Shown one piece after another: positions 34,693-43,704 of a DNA stretch of 64,000 bases (position 1 is the first letter of the stretch; every line of letters begins with the position of its first letter). The notes under the pieces were generated by a model. That model was not told the DNA's origin, did not search any database, and saw nothing but the letters and a program-made list of their open reading frames with translations. The translations under genes and the position numbers were made by a program. Source of the stretch: an uncultured Thermoplasmata archaeon (GTDB taxonomy: Archaea > Thermoplasmatota > Thermoplasmata > UBA10834); NCBI GenBank assembly GCA_964488505.1, contig CAZAUI010000007.1:725-64724 (forward strand), read 5' to 3'.

Positions 34693-34826
34693 CCACGAGG
34701 ATTCGCGGACAACCGAAACCCTTTGACAAACACTTTCCTTCTGTTTATCGAGAATATGATGCTTCGGGCCCCGTCTTCTCCACGAGGCCCGGGTAGGGTT
34801 TTATCGAGTCAGTGGCGGCGGATCCG

Positions 34827-35552
34827 TCAGAACACGCCGATATGGTCCTCGAACAGATCTGTGTCCTCGTATCGCGCCCACGGGGTCTCAATCGCATCGC
34901 CGTGGAGTGTGTGGTCGAAGACCTCGATCGTCACGAGGACGTAAAGGCTGTCCCCTGCCGAGTGCGACCACTCCAGGTCAGCGGGTATGACGACAGACAC
35001 TACGAGCGCGTTGTCCACTATCTCGTAAGTCATCAAGCCCGAATCGTAGTTGATCTCTACGGTCGACCCGTCTGCCAGCACATCTATGCCAGTTATGGTC
35101 ATCTGGACGGTCGCAGTCGCATCGGACAGGTCGATGGCTTCTGTCTCGTCTGATACGAACGCGAGCGACAGCTTACCGACCTCGATGTCCTTGAGGTTCA
35201 CCGACTGGTTCAGCAGGAAATTCATCCCGTACTTGAACTTGGTGAACGGCGCGCCCAAGGAGCAGTCGTCTGCCACGGCCTTGTACTTCAGGCTCATGAC
35301 GCGCTTCACTGCCGCGTCGCAGTCTTCCCATGCGAGTTCGTCCACTTCCTTGTCGAACACCGTCGTTTCCTGCAGATAGGGCGGACCGCCGTGGTCCTCT
35401 GACCCTCCCATCGCCATCGACAGACCCGCAAGACAGACGAGCAGGGCACACGATGCGACAGCGGCGCCGGCCACGCCCAGCTTCAGGGAGGACCTTGGCC
35501 GTCTCCCAGCCGCGACTTCTTTCCCGAGTTCACTCTCGAACTTCCTCTCCAT
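34827..35552 (-). CDS. Hypothetical N-terminally anchored extracytoplasmic protein
   Basis: The start is taken at ATG 35552 (MERKFESELGK...), preceded by GAGGTGA at -8. One TM is present (LKLGVAGAAVASCALLVCLAGLSMAM). The track start at 35741 adds an R-rich, low-complexity 63 aa. Confidence 0.55.
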   Translation of the reverse strand: MERKFESELGKEVAAGRRPRSSLKLGVAGAAVASCALLVCLAGLSMAMGGSEDHGGPPYLQETTVFDKEVDELAWEDCDAAVKRVMSLKYKAVADDCSLGAPFTKFKYGMNFLLNQSVNLKDIEVGKLSLAFVSDETEAIDLSDATATVQMTITGIDVLADGSTVEINYDSGLMTYEIVDNALVVSVVIPADLEWSHSAGDSLYVLVTIEVFDHTLHGDAIETPWARYEDTDLFEDHIGVF

Positions 35553-35845
35553 GTGTTTCACCTCATTTTCCGCCTCTCTCGCGACGGATTCCCGTCGCCG
35601 AGAGGCTCCGTTCGGCTGCGCATCTCCGGAACGACGTAAATCAAGAGCCGTAGAAGCTCGGAGTCCCCTTGTCGCCCTCAAACTGCGCTTCATCCGCTCA
35701 CCGACCATGAAGGGCTTTACCCGTTGTGGTGCAAGAATCAAAAAATGGAACGGTTATAGAAGGGTTCTACGGTGCAGGCGCCAGGCTCTCGTCGGCCGAG
35801 GCAGGGGGTACTGACCCCGGCCGGGGAACGGGGGGAGACGCGCGG

Positions 35846-37135
35846 TCAGTGCGCCCGCTCAGCGACCTGATTCAACGCTTTCAAGAACGCGATAGCCTCC
35901 GTGTCCGAGTTGTAGTGGACGAAGGTCGCCCTCAGCATCGTCTCTGCCCCATAGAGCGCGGGCACGCGGGAGAAGTAGTCCTCGGCGCCGACCGCCAGCG
36001 CGTACTTGTCCCACAGCAGCTTGGACAGATCCCGGTCGTCCCAGCCATCGATCTTGAACGAGAACGTCGGGTCCCGTCCGATCTTTCCTCCCGTGGTCTT
36101 CGGCCCGTACAGCTTCAGCCCGGGTATGTCGAGCAGGCCTATCGCACTGCCCCTGCCCTCAAGGACGAGGTTGGACAGGCGCTCCTCGTAATCCTCGATC
36201 GTCTCGAACGCCTGAGCGAGCCTGGCGCGCCGCTGCTGACCCGGCTTAGGAGAGCTCTTCAAGGACGGGGCGCCGACCCAGCAGAGATAGTCTATCGCCC
36301 CCGTGATCGCAGCGAACATCGCCTGATCCCTCGTCCCCCACTCCCACTTCTCCGGACCGTGCTCTGGGGAAGGGAGCACCTTGTAGGGGGTGAGGTCCTC
36401 TATGAGCTCAGGCCGCATGTACATGAAACTCCCGTGCCTCGAGAACAGCTTGTACCCGGAGAACACCATGGCGTCGCAGTTCAGGGAAGAGACATCCGTC
36501 AGGCCGTGGGCGACATGGTGGACCGCGTCCACGATGAAATAAGCGCCAGCATCCCTGGCGATCTTGCCAGCCTCAATCAGGTTCGTCCTAGTCCCGAGCA
36601 CGTTGGAGGCGGCGCTCACGGTGACGACCTTGGTGTCGCTGTCCACGAGAGCGGAGAGCTTCTCGAGGTCGAGCAGGCCGGTCCCCAGGTCGAACTCCGC
36701 GAACCTGAGGGACTGTATCTGGCCAGTCGAACCCAGCTCCACCCAAGGGTTGATGTTCGTGTAGTGCTCGTACCCGGTGGCGACCACGTTCTCGTCGCCA
36801 GAGCACTCGCGGCCGAGGGCATAGCTGAGGTTGAACAACAACGACGTGGCTGACTCCCCGGATATGATCGACTCGGGGCCGTTCGCACCAAGGAGGTCAG
36901 AGACCGCCTGGCGGCCTTCGAGTATCGTCCTCTCAGCACCGATCGACTCAGGGAACAAGTTCCCGACGTTCGCGCTCCAGTCGACCCGAGCTGCGGCCTC
37001 CTTCTCGGCGCTGCGCTTGGCCACAAGGGTGCCCGCACCATTGTCCAGGAACGCCCTCCTCCGGCCACTAGGGTCCTTCTCGGCAGCGGGGAACTCCTTG
37101 CGTATCTTGCTGATGAACCTGGCGTCGATCCTCAT
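35846..37135 (-). CDS. Class-V PLP aminotransferase / cysteine-desulfurase-like enzyme
   Basis: Motifs seen: FLDNGAGTL, VTVSAASNVLGTRTNL, FIVDAVHHVAHG and FSGYKLFSRHG (PLP-Lys context). The length is 429 aa. Confidence 0.8.
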   Translation of the reverse strand: MRIDARFISKIRKEFPAAEKDPSGRRRAFLDNGAGTLVAKRSAEKEAAARVDWSANVGNLFPESIGAERTILEGRQAVSDLLGANGPESIISGESATSLLFNLSYALGRECSGDENVVATGYEHYTNINPWVELGSTGQIQSLRFAEFDLGTGLLDLEKLSALVDSDTKVVTVSAASNVLGTRTNLIEAGKIARDAGAYFIVDAVHHVAHGLTDVSSLNCDAMVFSGYKLFSRHGSFMYMRPELIEDLTPYKVLPSPEHGPEKWEWGTRDQAMFAAITGAIDYLCWVGAPSLKSSPKPGQQRRARLAQAFETIEDYEERLSNLVLEGRGSAIGLLDIPGLKLYGPKTTGGKIGRDPTFSFKIDGWDDRDLSKLLWDKYALAVGAEDYFSRVPALYGAETMLRATFVHYNSDTEAIAFLKALNQVAERAH

Positions 37136-37176
37136 GCCATGGAGTATGACGAAGGAGTTGATAAAAATTGACTCAT

Positions 37177-37219
37177 CAGGGCACGCTCACGTGCCCTGAG
37201 ACCGCGCCTACAGGCGCGG
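37177..37219 (-). terminator. Two adjacent GC-rich hairpins followed (on the minus strand) by a T5 tract
   Basis: CAGGGCACG-ctca-CGTGCCCTG (37177-37198) and CCGCGCC-taca-GGCGCGG (37202-37219). The minus strand then reads ...CAATTTTTATC. That tract could also be the TATA box of the class-V aminotransferase gene (ATG 37135). Confidence 0.4.
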
Positions 37220-37314
37220 AATGACTAAGGAAGGAGTTTGTGGTGGACAGGGAGCCGCTACCTTCGTCACAAAAGAGACTTTTGGGGGAGACCCTTTGTC
37301 ACTTGCCAATGCGG

Positions 37315-37563
37315 CTATTCCTGTCCACATGCAGACTGATGCGGAGGCTCCAACTCTGTCTCGCCGTAGAGGAAGTCGTAGTCGTTGCATGAGTCGCAAA
37401 CGTCGTCCTCGACGGTATCGTCCGGACACTCGTCGCACGAGCCGTCCTGGAGCCTATCCTGGTCGCAGTCACCGAGCATGTTCCCGGCAGCTGACACTGT
37501 CGCCAGACCAGCGACCATGACGGCCGCTCCGAGCGCCAATGCAATCCATACCTTCGCAATCAC
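37315..37563 (-). CDS. Small secreted/anchored acidic Cys-rich protein (thrombospondin-type-3-like Ca-binding motif)
   Basis: 82 aa. Signal/anchor MIAKVWIALALGAAVMVAGLATVSAAG is followed by DCDQDRLQDGSCDECPDDTVEDDVCDSCNDYDF, which has 6 Cys and many Asp. Confidence 0.55.
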   Translation of the reverse strand: MIAKVWIALALGAAVMVAGLATVSAAGNMLGDCDQDRLQDGSCDECPDDTVEDDVCDSCNDYDFLYGETELEPPHQSACGQE

Positions 37564-37847
37564 TTACCTCACCTTCTCTCGGGGACGGCGTAACCGTCCC
37601 TGAAGCGACCAACAAGACGCACTTGTTAAGTGGTTTATGGTACAAGAATCAATGACTAGCACAAGCCTCTATGCATCCCATCCAGACATACCTGGACCCG
37701 TCTCCGGACCGGCGGTCAGAGGCACCTTCCGACGGTCCTAGACGAGAACTGCAACGTACTAGTCAGTAGGGCGGCCCACCCCGCTGTTTGCATTTCGAGT
37801 AGTGTACCAAATGGCTTAATACGGCCCGACCTGATGTTGTTATCAGC

Positions 37848-39071
37848 ATGAGAAAAAGACCGTTGTGCCTCGGAGTCCTATCGATTTCACTCGCGCTAGC
37901 GCTCTTGACATCGGCTAGCATCACGGGACGGGCCGCCTCCGATGAAGGCGACATCACTTATGTCTACGAAGACGACCGCATCGTGCTACTGACCGACAAC
38001 ATGAGCGTAGCAATCTCGACCCTGTTCCCGGCCGCCTCGTTGAAGGAGACGGACGCACCTGACAACAGTTCGTACGGCTTCGTCTTCTCATCCATCCTCG
38101 GATACAACGAGAGCGACGAGGATGGGCTCGTACTCGCCGATGTGCCATACCACTCATCTATGGAACACGCGAACTGGACCGTCGAAGAACCGGAGATAGT
38201 CGATGACGGGGACGAGGGTTCCACGGCCCACTTCTCGATGCATTCATCGGTCAGCATGAACAAACGCGTGGCGTTCATCGACGGCAATTCACAGGAACAG
38301 GGACCCGGCATTGAGATCATCGAAGACTGGGCGACCGTCACCGTGGACTTCGTGGTCTCCTCGTCCGACTTCTCGTCGACCTTCGACGGCGCGTTAGACC
38401 CTGGCCTTTACCCCGTCAACGGGTCCACGGAGCTGAAGTTCGACATCACGATCGACATCAACGTACCCATAGACGCGGACCATCTGGCCCTTGACATAGG
38501 CCTGATGATGATGGAGTTCGGCGACTTCGCGCCGACTTCGATGGACGAACAGTACGTGTTCGAAGGGTTCCAGAGCGATGAGGTCAGCATAAGCGACCCG
38601 GACGAGAACGAGACGGTAGACGATGTGCTCATCGTCCACCCGTTCCAACACCGAGAGCAGTTCAAGCAGCTGTTCGCGTTCCTGGAGACGGATGAGACCA
38701 GCTTCTTCTCTTGGGCATCCGACTGCATGCTCCACAACCTGACGGCCGGAGACACCTTCGAGGAACTGTCGACATACTACCGGACCGACGGCGAGGCGCT
38801 GAAGGTCTACATCTCCTCACCCGTGACCCCGGAGACGGCGAAGATCACACACGACCCAAGCCTCGGCCTGTTCCCCTCCCCGGGAGGGATAGTGGACCTG
38901 CCAGACGGCGACATCATCGGCTCCTCTGTGATGTCCACGGCCTTGGGCATACTGATCGGAGCAGCGGTGGCCGGAGGCGCGGGCGTGGCCTTCGCATTGA
39001 GGAGATCGGCGTCACAGGACCAGACGGACACGGTCGTCCTCGAGAAGAACAGGTACTACAAAGGTAAGTGA
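37848..39071 (+). CDS. Secreted surface protein with a C-terminal TM anchor (distant paralogue of 33211..34692)
   Basis: It has a signal peptide (MRKRPLCLGVLSISLALALLTSASITGRAAS) and an acidic ectodomain. The C-terminus carries ITHDP...IIGSSVMSTALGILIGAAVAGGAGVAFAL plus a basic tail ending YYKGK. Confidence 0.75.
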   Translation: MRKRPLCLGVLSISLALALLTSASITGRAASDEGDITYVYEDDRIVLLTDNMSVAISTLFPAASLKETDAPDNSSYGFVFSSILGYNESDEDGLVLADVPYHSSMEHANWTVEEPEIVDDGDEGSTAHFSMHSSVSMNKRVAFIDGNSQEQGPGIEIIEDWATVTVDFVVSSSDFSSTFDGALDPGLYPVNGSTELKFDITIDINVPIDADHLALDIGLMMMEFGDFAPTSMDEQYVFEGFQSDEVSISDPDENETVDDVLIVHPFQHREQFKQLFAFLETDETSFFSWASDCMLHNLTAGDTFEELSTYYRTDGEALKVYISSPVTPETAKITHDPSLGLFPSPGGIVDLPDGDIIGSSVMSTALGILIGAAVAGGAGVAFALRRSASQDQTDTVVLEKNRYYKGK

Positions 39072-39078
39072 GGCTGGC

Positions 39079-39684
39079 TCACTCATCGTGACTTCCGCCA
39101 GGACCCGATGGGGCTTCTCGAACGGCTGGCCTCCCGCTGCTCTCGATGTACATGGCCACGAAGTCGTCCACGAGCTTATCGAGGAAGGTGCGCCTGTAGA
39201 TGATCAGCAGGTCCGCGACCTTGTCAGGGTCTATGACAGTCATCTTCGACTCGCGGCCGACCTTCTCCAACCTGATGACCCCCCTCGTGACGAGCTTCTT
39301 GATGTGATACGAGAGCGTCCCACCTGATATCGTGAAACTGGTCAGGACCTCCCCGTGGGTGGCCCCTGGGTGCCTCATCAGGTACAGGATGATGCCGCGG
39401 GGTATCTCCTGCCTGAGGGCGGAGAGGATGCGCTGCTTCTCGGCGTTGAGCTGGCCGCATGGGAAGTACCTCGAGAAGCTCTCCTGCTTGTCCACGCTGA
39501 GCAAGGACCTGTCGACCAGGTGGTTCAGGTTGTACTCCAGAACACCGATCGGGAGGCTCGTGCGTCTCTGAATCTCCCGGAAGTGGATGCCAGGACTGTT
39601 CCTGACGCACTCGTATATCCTCTTCCGGCTCTCCAGCTCAAGAGGGTCTGGCACCAATTCTACCTCCAAAGCCCCCGAGTGCAA
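39079..39684 (-). CDS. Tandem winged-helix (ArsR/TrmB-like) DNA-binding protein
   Basis: Two wHTH units are present: RKRIYECVRNSPGIHFREIQRRTSLPIGVLEYNLNHLVDRSLL and RGIILYLMRHPGATHGEVLTSFTISGGTLSYHIKKLVTRGVI. Confidence 0.75.
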   Translation of the reverse strand: MHSGALEVELVPDPLELESRKRIYECVRNSPGIHFREIQRRTSLPIGVLEYNLNHLVDRSLLSVDKQESFSRYFPCGQLNAEKQRILSALRQEIPRGIILYLMRHPGATHGEVLTSFTISGGTLSYHIKKLVTRGVIRLEKVGRESKMTVIDPDKVADLLIIYRRTFLDKLVDDFVAMYIESSGRPAVREAPSGPGGSHDE

Positions 39685-39928
39685 TCACGGCCAGCAGGAC
39701 CACGACGTCGACGACGACCAGGACGGTGCCGTCGACCCTCTCGAGCCAGTCAGTGGCGTAAGCCGCAGAAATCAGAAAGGCCGTGAACGCGACGTGGAGC
39801 GAGAGGCCTTCGGAGAGAACCCGCATCGGGCAGAGGCCGCTCCTCCGGTAGGAGACCAGGGAGAGCACCAGCAGGAAGGCGGATGCGCCCAGCAACAGGC
39901 CGAGCGCAGTATCGATCGCAGACACCAT
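39638..39928 (-). CDS. Small 3-TM membrane protein, upstream of and overlapping the tandem-wHTH gene
   Basis: 96 aa with three hydrophobic segments. It overlaps the downstream gene by 47 nt, so one of the two starts may be mis-set. Confidence 0.5.
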   Translation of the reverse strand: MVSAIDTALGLLLGASAFLLVLSLVSYRRSGLCPMRVLSEGLSLHVAFTAFLISAAYATDWLERVDGTVLVVVDVVVLLAVIALGGFGGRIGARPS

Positions 39929-40030
39929 GGATCCTCGGTTTCTGGATACGTCATCCCATTGTTAAATAGATGCCCTGGCACCGGATTCCGACCACGGCAC
40001 GGCCTGAGTCTTCGACCATCGGACGGCCTA

Positions 40031-40966
40031 TCACAATATCCTCTTCAGCCTGAACAGGACCCAGAGGCCCGCGACGCAGGCCGCGGAGACGCCAATGACG
40101 AACCAGAAAGCGTTCGGGTCGTCCTGGAACGGCAGGTCCACGTTCATGCCGTACAGGCTTGCGACGAGCGTCGGGAGTATGAGGATTAGGCTGATGGTCG
40201 TCAGCGTCTTCATGATGAATGACAGGTTGTTGGACACCGCCGTCTCGTAGGCGTTCAGGATGTTCGACATGATCTCCCTGTAGATCGTGGTCATCTCGTA
40301 CAGCTGCGCGACATCGTTCTCGATGTCCTCGGCAAGGTCGAGCTGGTCCTTCGTCATCTGCAGCTGGCGCACGCGCGACAGGAGGGATATCGCGTTCAGG
40401 TTCGACAGCAGGCCGGTGTTGAGCAGGATGAGGCCGTTGCTGAGCGCGAAGGCGCTGTGCGCGACCTCGGCGCTCCTCGCGTGCAGGATTGTCTCCTGGA
40501 TGGCTCCGATCTTCCGCTCCATCGGCCTGATGGTCCGCTCGATGTCCCTGTGCACCCGCCTGACGATCGCCAGGAACAGGTCCTCCTTGGTGTCGAGCCG
40601 GGGCATCCTCTTCAGGTCGGCGCAGAGCTCCTCCGCGTCGAACGCAGCGCCTATACGAACGGTGATTATCTGTCTCGGGGTCGCTATGATGCCTATAGGC
40701 ATCGTCTGGATCCTCTCGGGGGAACGCTCGTCCGTCAGGAGGCTCCGCAGGACGAGCATGTCGTACTTCTCTTCGACCTCCATCCTCGACCGCTCGTTGG
40801 GGTCAAGGCAGTCCGCCATGTCCTGCAGGTCGACATCGAACTCCTTATGGAGCCGTTCGACCTCCTCCGGGGACGGAGCGACGAGGTCTATCCAGAGGAC
40901 TTCGTGTATCTCCGCCTTCTCGACCCTCTTGATGGTCCCGTTCTCTGCGACGTAGAGCCTCATCAT
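40031..40966 (-). CDS. corA: CorA-type magnesium/cobalt transporter
   Basis: It has the C-terminal two-TM region with the signature YGMNVDLPF (GMN motif), and is 311 aa long. Confidence 0.93.
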   Translation of the reverse strand: MMRLYVAENGTIKRVEKAEIHEVLWIDLVAPSPEEVERLHKEFDVDLQDMADCLDPNERSRMEVEEKYDMLVLRSLLTDERSPERIQTMPIGIIATPRQIITVRIGAAFDAEELCADLKRMPRLDTKEDLFLAIVRRVHRDIERTIRPMERKIGAIQETILHARSAEVAHSAFALSNGLILLNTGLLSNLNAISLLSRVRQLQMTKDQLDLAEDIENDVAQLYEMTTIYREIMSNILNAYETAVSNNLSFIMKTLTTISLILILPTLVASLYGMNVDLPFQDDPNAFWFVIGVSAACVAGLWVLFRLKRIL

Positions 40967-41024
40967 CTGGACCGACCCCTTACAGGTCCCGATGGCGACA
41001 GGCGGGATATATGTCTTGTCGGGG

Positions 41025-41591
41025 TCAGGGAAGGGCCGAGCCCCATCTGTCGAGGAATATGTTCTCCCCCTTGGGCTTCCTGTCCGGCCGCCGCTTCTCG
41101 GCCTCCTTCTGCTTGTCAGACAGCAAGGAATCGTCAGTCCCGGGGTAGCCGCATATGACGAGGGTTATGACCGTGTACTCGCTCGGTATGCCGAGGGCGG
41201 ACTTGACCTTGGCCGGGTCGTAGCCCGCGATCGGGTGCGCTATGAGGCCGACCTCGGTCGCCCTCAGCTCCAGCTGTCCGACCGCGAGCCCGCAGTCGAA
41301 CAGGAAGTAGTCCCTGCGGTCGCTGAGCTGACAATCGTCGGTCGGCTGCGCCGCGACCGCGATGATCAGCGGCGCCCTGGTGGCCCACGCGTTCCCCTTC
41401 GACAGGGCGCCCTTCACCGCATCCAGGCTGTCCTTTCCGGTGCAGAACACGAACCTCCAAGGCTGGTTGTTGAAGCACGACGCGGACAGGCGTGCGGCCT
41501 CCGCCAGCGCCTTGACCTTGTCGACCTCGATGCGGTCCTCTGACAAAACGCGCCTAGCTCTCCTTCTGTCGACGGCCTCGGCCACGTCCAA
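41025..41591 (-). CDS. Nitroreductase-family flavoprotein
   Basis: VDRRRARRVLSEDRIEVDKVKALAEAARLSASCFNNQPWRFVF is the nitroreductase N-terminal signature. Confidence 0.88.
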   Translation of the reverse strand: MDVAEAVDRRRARRVLSEDRIEVDKVKALAEAARLSASCFNNQPWRFVFCTGKDSLDAVKGALSKGNAWATRAPLIIAVAAQPTDDCQLSDRRDYFLFDCGLAVGQLELRATEVGLIAHPIAGYDPAKVKSALGIPSEYTVITLVICGYPGTDDSLLSDKQKEAEKRRPDRKPKGENIFLDRWGSALP

Positions 41592-41644
41592 CCTATCACC
41601 GAAGGGGAATCGGGCTCTCAGGATTTATCCCTGCCACCTGAGTA

Positions 41645-42442
41645 TCACAGTTTGAAGGTCCGCCACTTGATGTCGTAGCCCGTCTCGGCTTTCAGCTTCG
41701 TGACGGCTTCGATCATGACATCCGCCGACTCCCTGGTCCCGCAGTAGACCACGTCCACTCCTTTGCTCAAGGCGCTCATGGCAGACTCGACAGGTGCATG
41801 AAGGGTGAGCATCTCCCCGCTGGCCTTCGTGAGCAGGGCCGCGCCCACGGTGTCGCCCGCTGCGAGCATCCCCGGAGAGAAGTCATCTATCCTCTGCCTC
41901 GCCTGTTCTGTGTTCGCCGCCTTGGAGCCGCCGTCCAGCTCAGAAGGCGCTTCGAGGACCAGCAGCCTGCCGAGCTCCATGTCCAAGATCCCCTCGAGGC
42001 CGCCGACGAGCACGTCGTCGCCCTCCTCCGCGTCCTCAAGGGCGATCCCCGTGGACGAGCTCTTCGCATCTCCGAACGCCATCATCATGCCGTCCTCCAT
42101 CACGAGACCCACCGCGGTGCCCTTCTGCAGCTTGCTGCCGGCTACGGCGACGCACTTGTCTACAACCCTTATGTTCCTCAGGATCTCGTCCACGTCCTGC
42201 TTGATGCGCGAGAAGTGCTCCTGCAGGACCTGCATACCCTTCTTGGTGGGCCTCAGGAGCCCCTTCTGCTCCCGCAACAGCCCCTCCTTGCGCATGATGT
42301 TGGTATACTGGCTGACCGCCTGGACCGTGATGCCTAGCCTGTCGCCGACGTCCTTCAGCCTGAAGGATGGGGACTTGATCATCTCGACGAGGATGAGCAT
42401 CTCGGTGTTGCGTTTCAAGTCCCTGAGAGGTATCTCCTTCAA
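41645..42442 (-). CDS. Archaeal HTH-domain putative transcriptional regulator with an uncharacterised C-terminal domain
   Basis: The N-terminus LILVEMIKSPSFRLKDVGDRLGITVQAVSQYTNIMRKEGLL is a wHTH. It lies immediately downstream of, and co-oriented with, the ABC importer genes. Confidence 0.65.
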   Translation of the reverse strand: MKEIPLRDLKRNTEMLILVEMIKSPSFRLKDVGDRLGITVQAVSQYTNIMRKEGLLREQKGLLRPTKKGMQVLQEHFSRIKQDVDEILRNIRVVDKCVAVAGSKLQKGTAVGLVMEDGMMMAFGDAKSSSTGIALEDAEEGDDVLVGGLEGILDMELGRLLVLEAPSELDGGSKAANTEQARQRIDDFSPGMLAAGDTVGAALLTKASGEMLTLHAPVESAMSALSKGVDVVYCGTRESADVMIEAVTKLKAETGYDIKWRTFKL

Positions 42443-42456
42443 CGGGATCGACCACC

Positions 42457-43704
42457 TTATCCTTGGAGGCGCTCAAGCGCCTCATCAAGGCTACTCACCT
42501 CAATCGCTCCGGACCTAATCAAACCCTTGATGGTGTCGGCCGCCTTCCCGCCGACGAAGTCGACCGACGACAGGTCCTTCGGCATCAGCACGATCACCTT
42601 CTTGCCGGACCTCAGAGCGTGCTCCGCGGCCTCGAGGTTCCTGAAGTTGCCAGGTCCGACGGGGAACGGCGAGACCACCACTGCCTCGGATTCACGGACG
42701 AACCTGAGGTTCTCCTCATGGGCGGCGTCGCTGACAGCGGCGAACGGGACCTCCGGGACCGTGGGTATGTGCAGGTCCTTCGCGTTTTCGAAGTCCGAAT
42801 CCAGGACGTTCAGCACGCCCGTGGACACGCCGTAGCCGGCGTCGAGGACCGCCTTCATCACCGGCCCGCCGACTCCTCCGCCGCATATGACGTGTACGCG
42901 CCTGCCGTGCCTGGGCACTGGCGCGACCGCGGAGCGCGGCATGACGTAGACCGCGTTCGTGAACGGGTCCCTCCTGACGGCGACCTCCACGCCGTACACG
43001 CTCTGAATGACCTCGGGGTTGAGGACCTCGCCCGGCGGCCCCATGGCCTCCAGCCTCCCGTTGCTGAGCAGGGCGATCCTGTCGCAGTACCTAGCAGCCA
43101 TGTTCACATCGTGCAGGACGGAGATGACCGTGATGCCCTCCTTCCTGTTCAGGCTCTTGATCAGGTCCATGACCTCGAGCTGGCCGTTGATGTCCAGATA
43201 CACCGTCGGCTCGTCGAGCAGGAGGGCCTCCGGGTGCTGCGCGACCGCCCTGGCTATGATGACCCTCTGCCTCTCCCCGCCGCTGAGGGCGAAGAACGGC
43301 CTGCTCGCGAGCGCCCATGTGCCAGTCCTCACCATCGAGCTCTTGACAGCCTCCGCATCGCCCTTCGATGGGCCTGCGAACCTGTTCCTCCTGTGAGGAA
43401 GCCGCCCCATCATGACGATGTCGTACGCCGAGAAGGTGAAGTCTGTCGAGGAACTCTGCGGCACGACTGCGAAGGTTCGCGCCAGCTTCTCCGGGGACAG
43501 AGACTGTATCGGGGCGCCGTCTATGGATATCGAATCTGCCGGGGGGTTCAGATAGTTCATGACGCAGCGGAGCAGGGTGGTCTTCCCAGACCCGTTCGGA
43601 CCCATGAGACCCATGAACTCGCCGTCCTTGACATCGAACGACACCTCTTTGAGGACCTTCTTCTCGCCGAACGAATACGAGAGGTCCCGGACATCGAGTC
43701 TCAT
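42457..43704 (-). CDS. ABC transporter ATPase (FepC/BtuD type) with a ~160-aa C-terminal extra domain
   Basis: Walker A is GPNGSGKTT, the signature is LSGGERQRV and Walker B is LLLDEPTVYLD. Residues ~255-415 (RRVHVICGGGVGGPVMKAVLDAGYGV...) are additional. Confidence 0.9.
   Translation of the reverse strand: MRLDVRDLSYSFGEKKVLKEVSFDVKDGEFMGLMGPNGSGKTTLLRCVMNYLNPPADSISIDGAPIQSLSPEKLARTFAVVPQSSSTDFTFSAYDIVMMGRLPHRRNRFAGPSKGDAEAVKSSMVRTGTWALASRPFFALSGGERQRVIIARAVAQHPEALLLDEPTVYLDINGQLEVMDLIKSLNRKEGITVISVLHDVNMAARYCDRIALLSNGRLEAMGPPGEVLNPEVIQSVYGVEVAVRRDPFTNAVYVMPRSAVAPVPRHGRRVHVICGGGVGGPVMKAVLDAGYGVSTGVLNVLDSDFENAKDLHIPTVPEVPFAAVSDAAHEENLRFVRESEAVVVSPFPVGPGNFRNLEAAEHALRSGKKVIVLMPKDLSSVDFVGGKAADTIKGLIRSGAIEVSSLDEALERLQG

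Noticed and set aside
35726-36853. 375-aa plus-strand ORF over the class-V aminotransferase gene
   Set aside because: It is antisense to a gene with PLP-enzyme motifs and its translation is R/G/P/V-rich.
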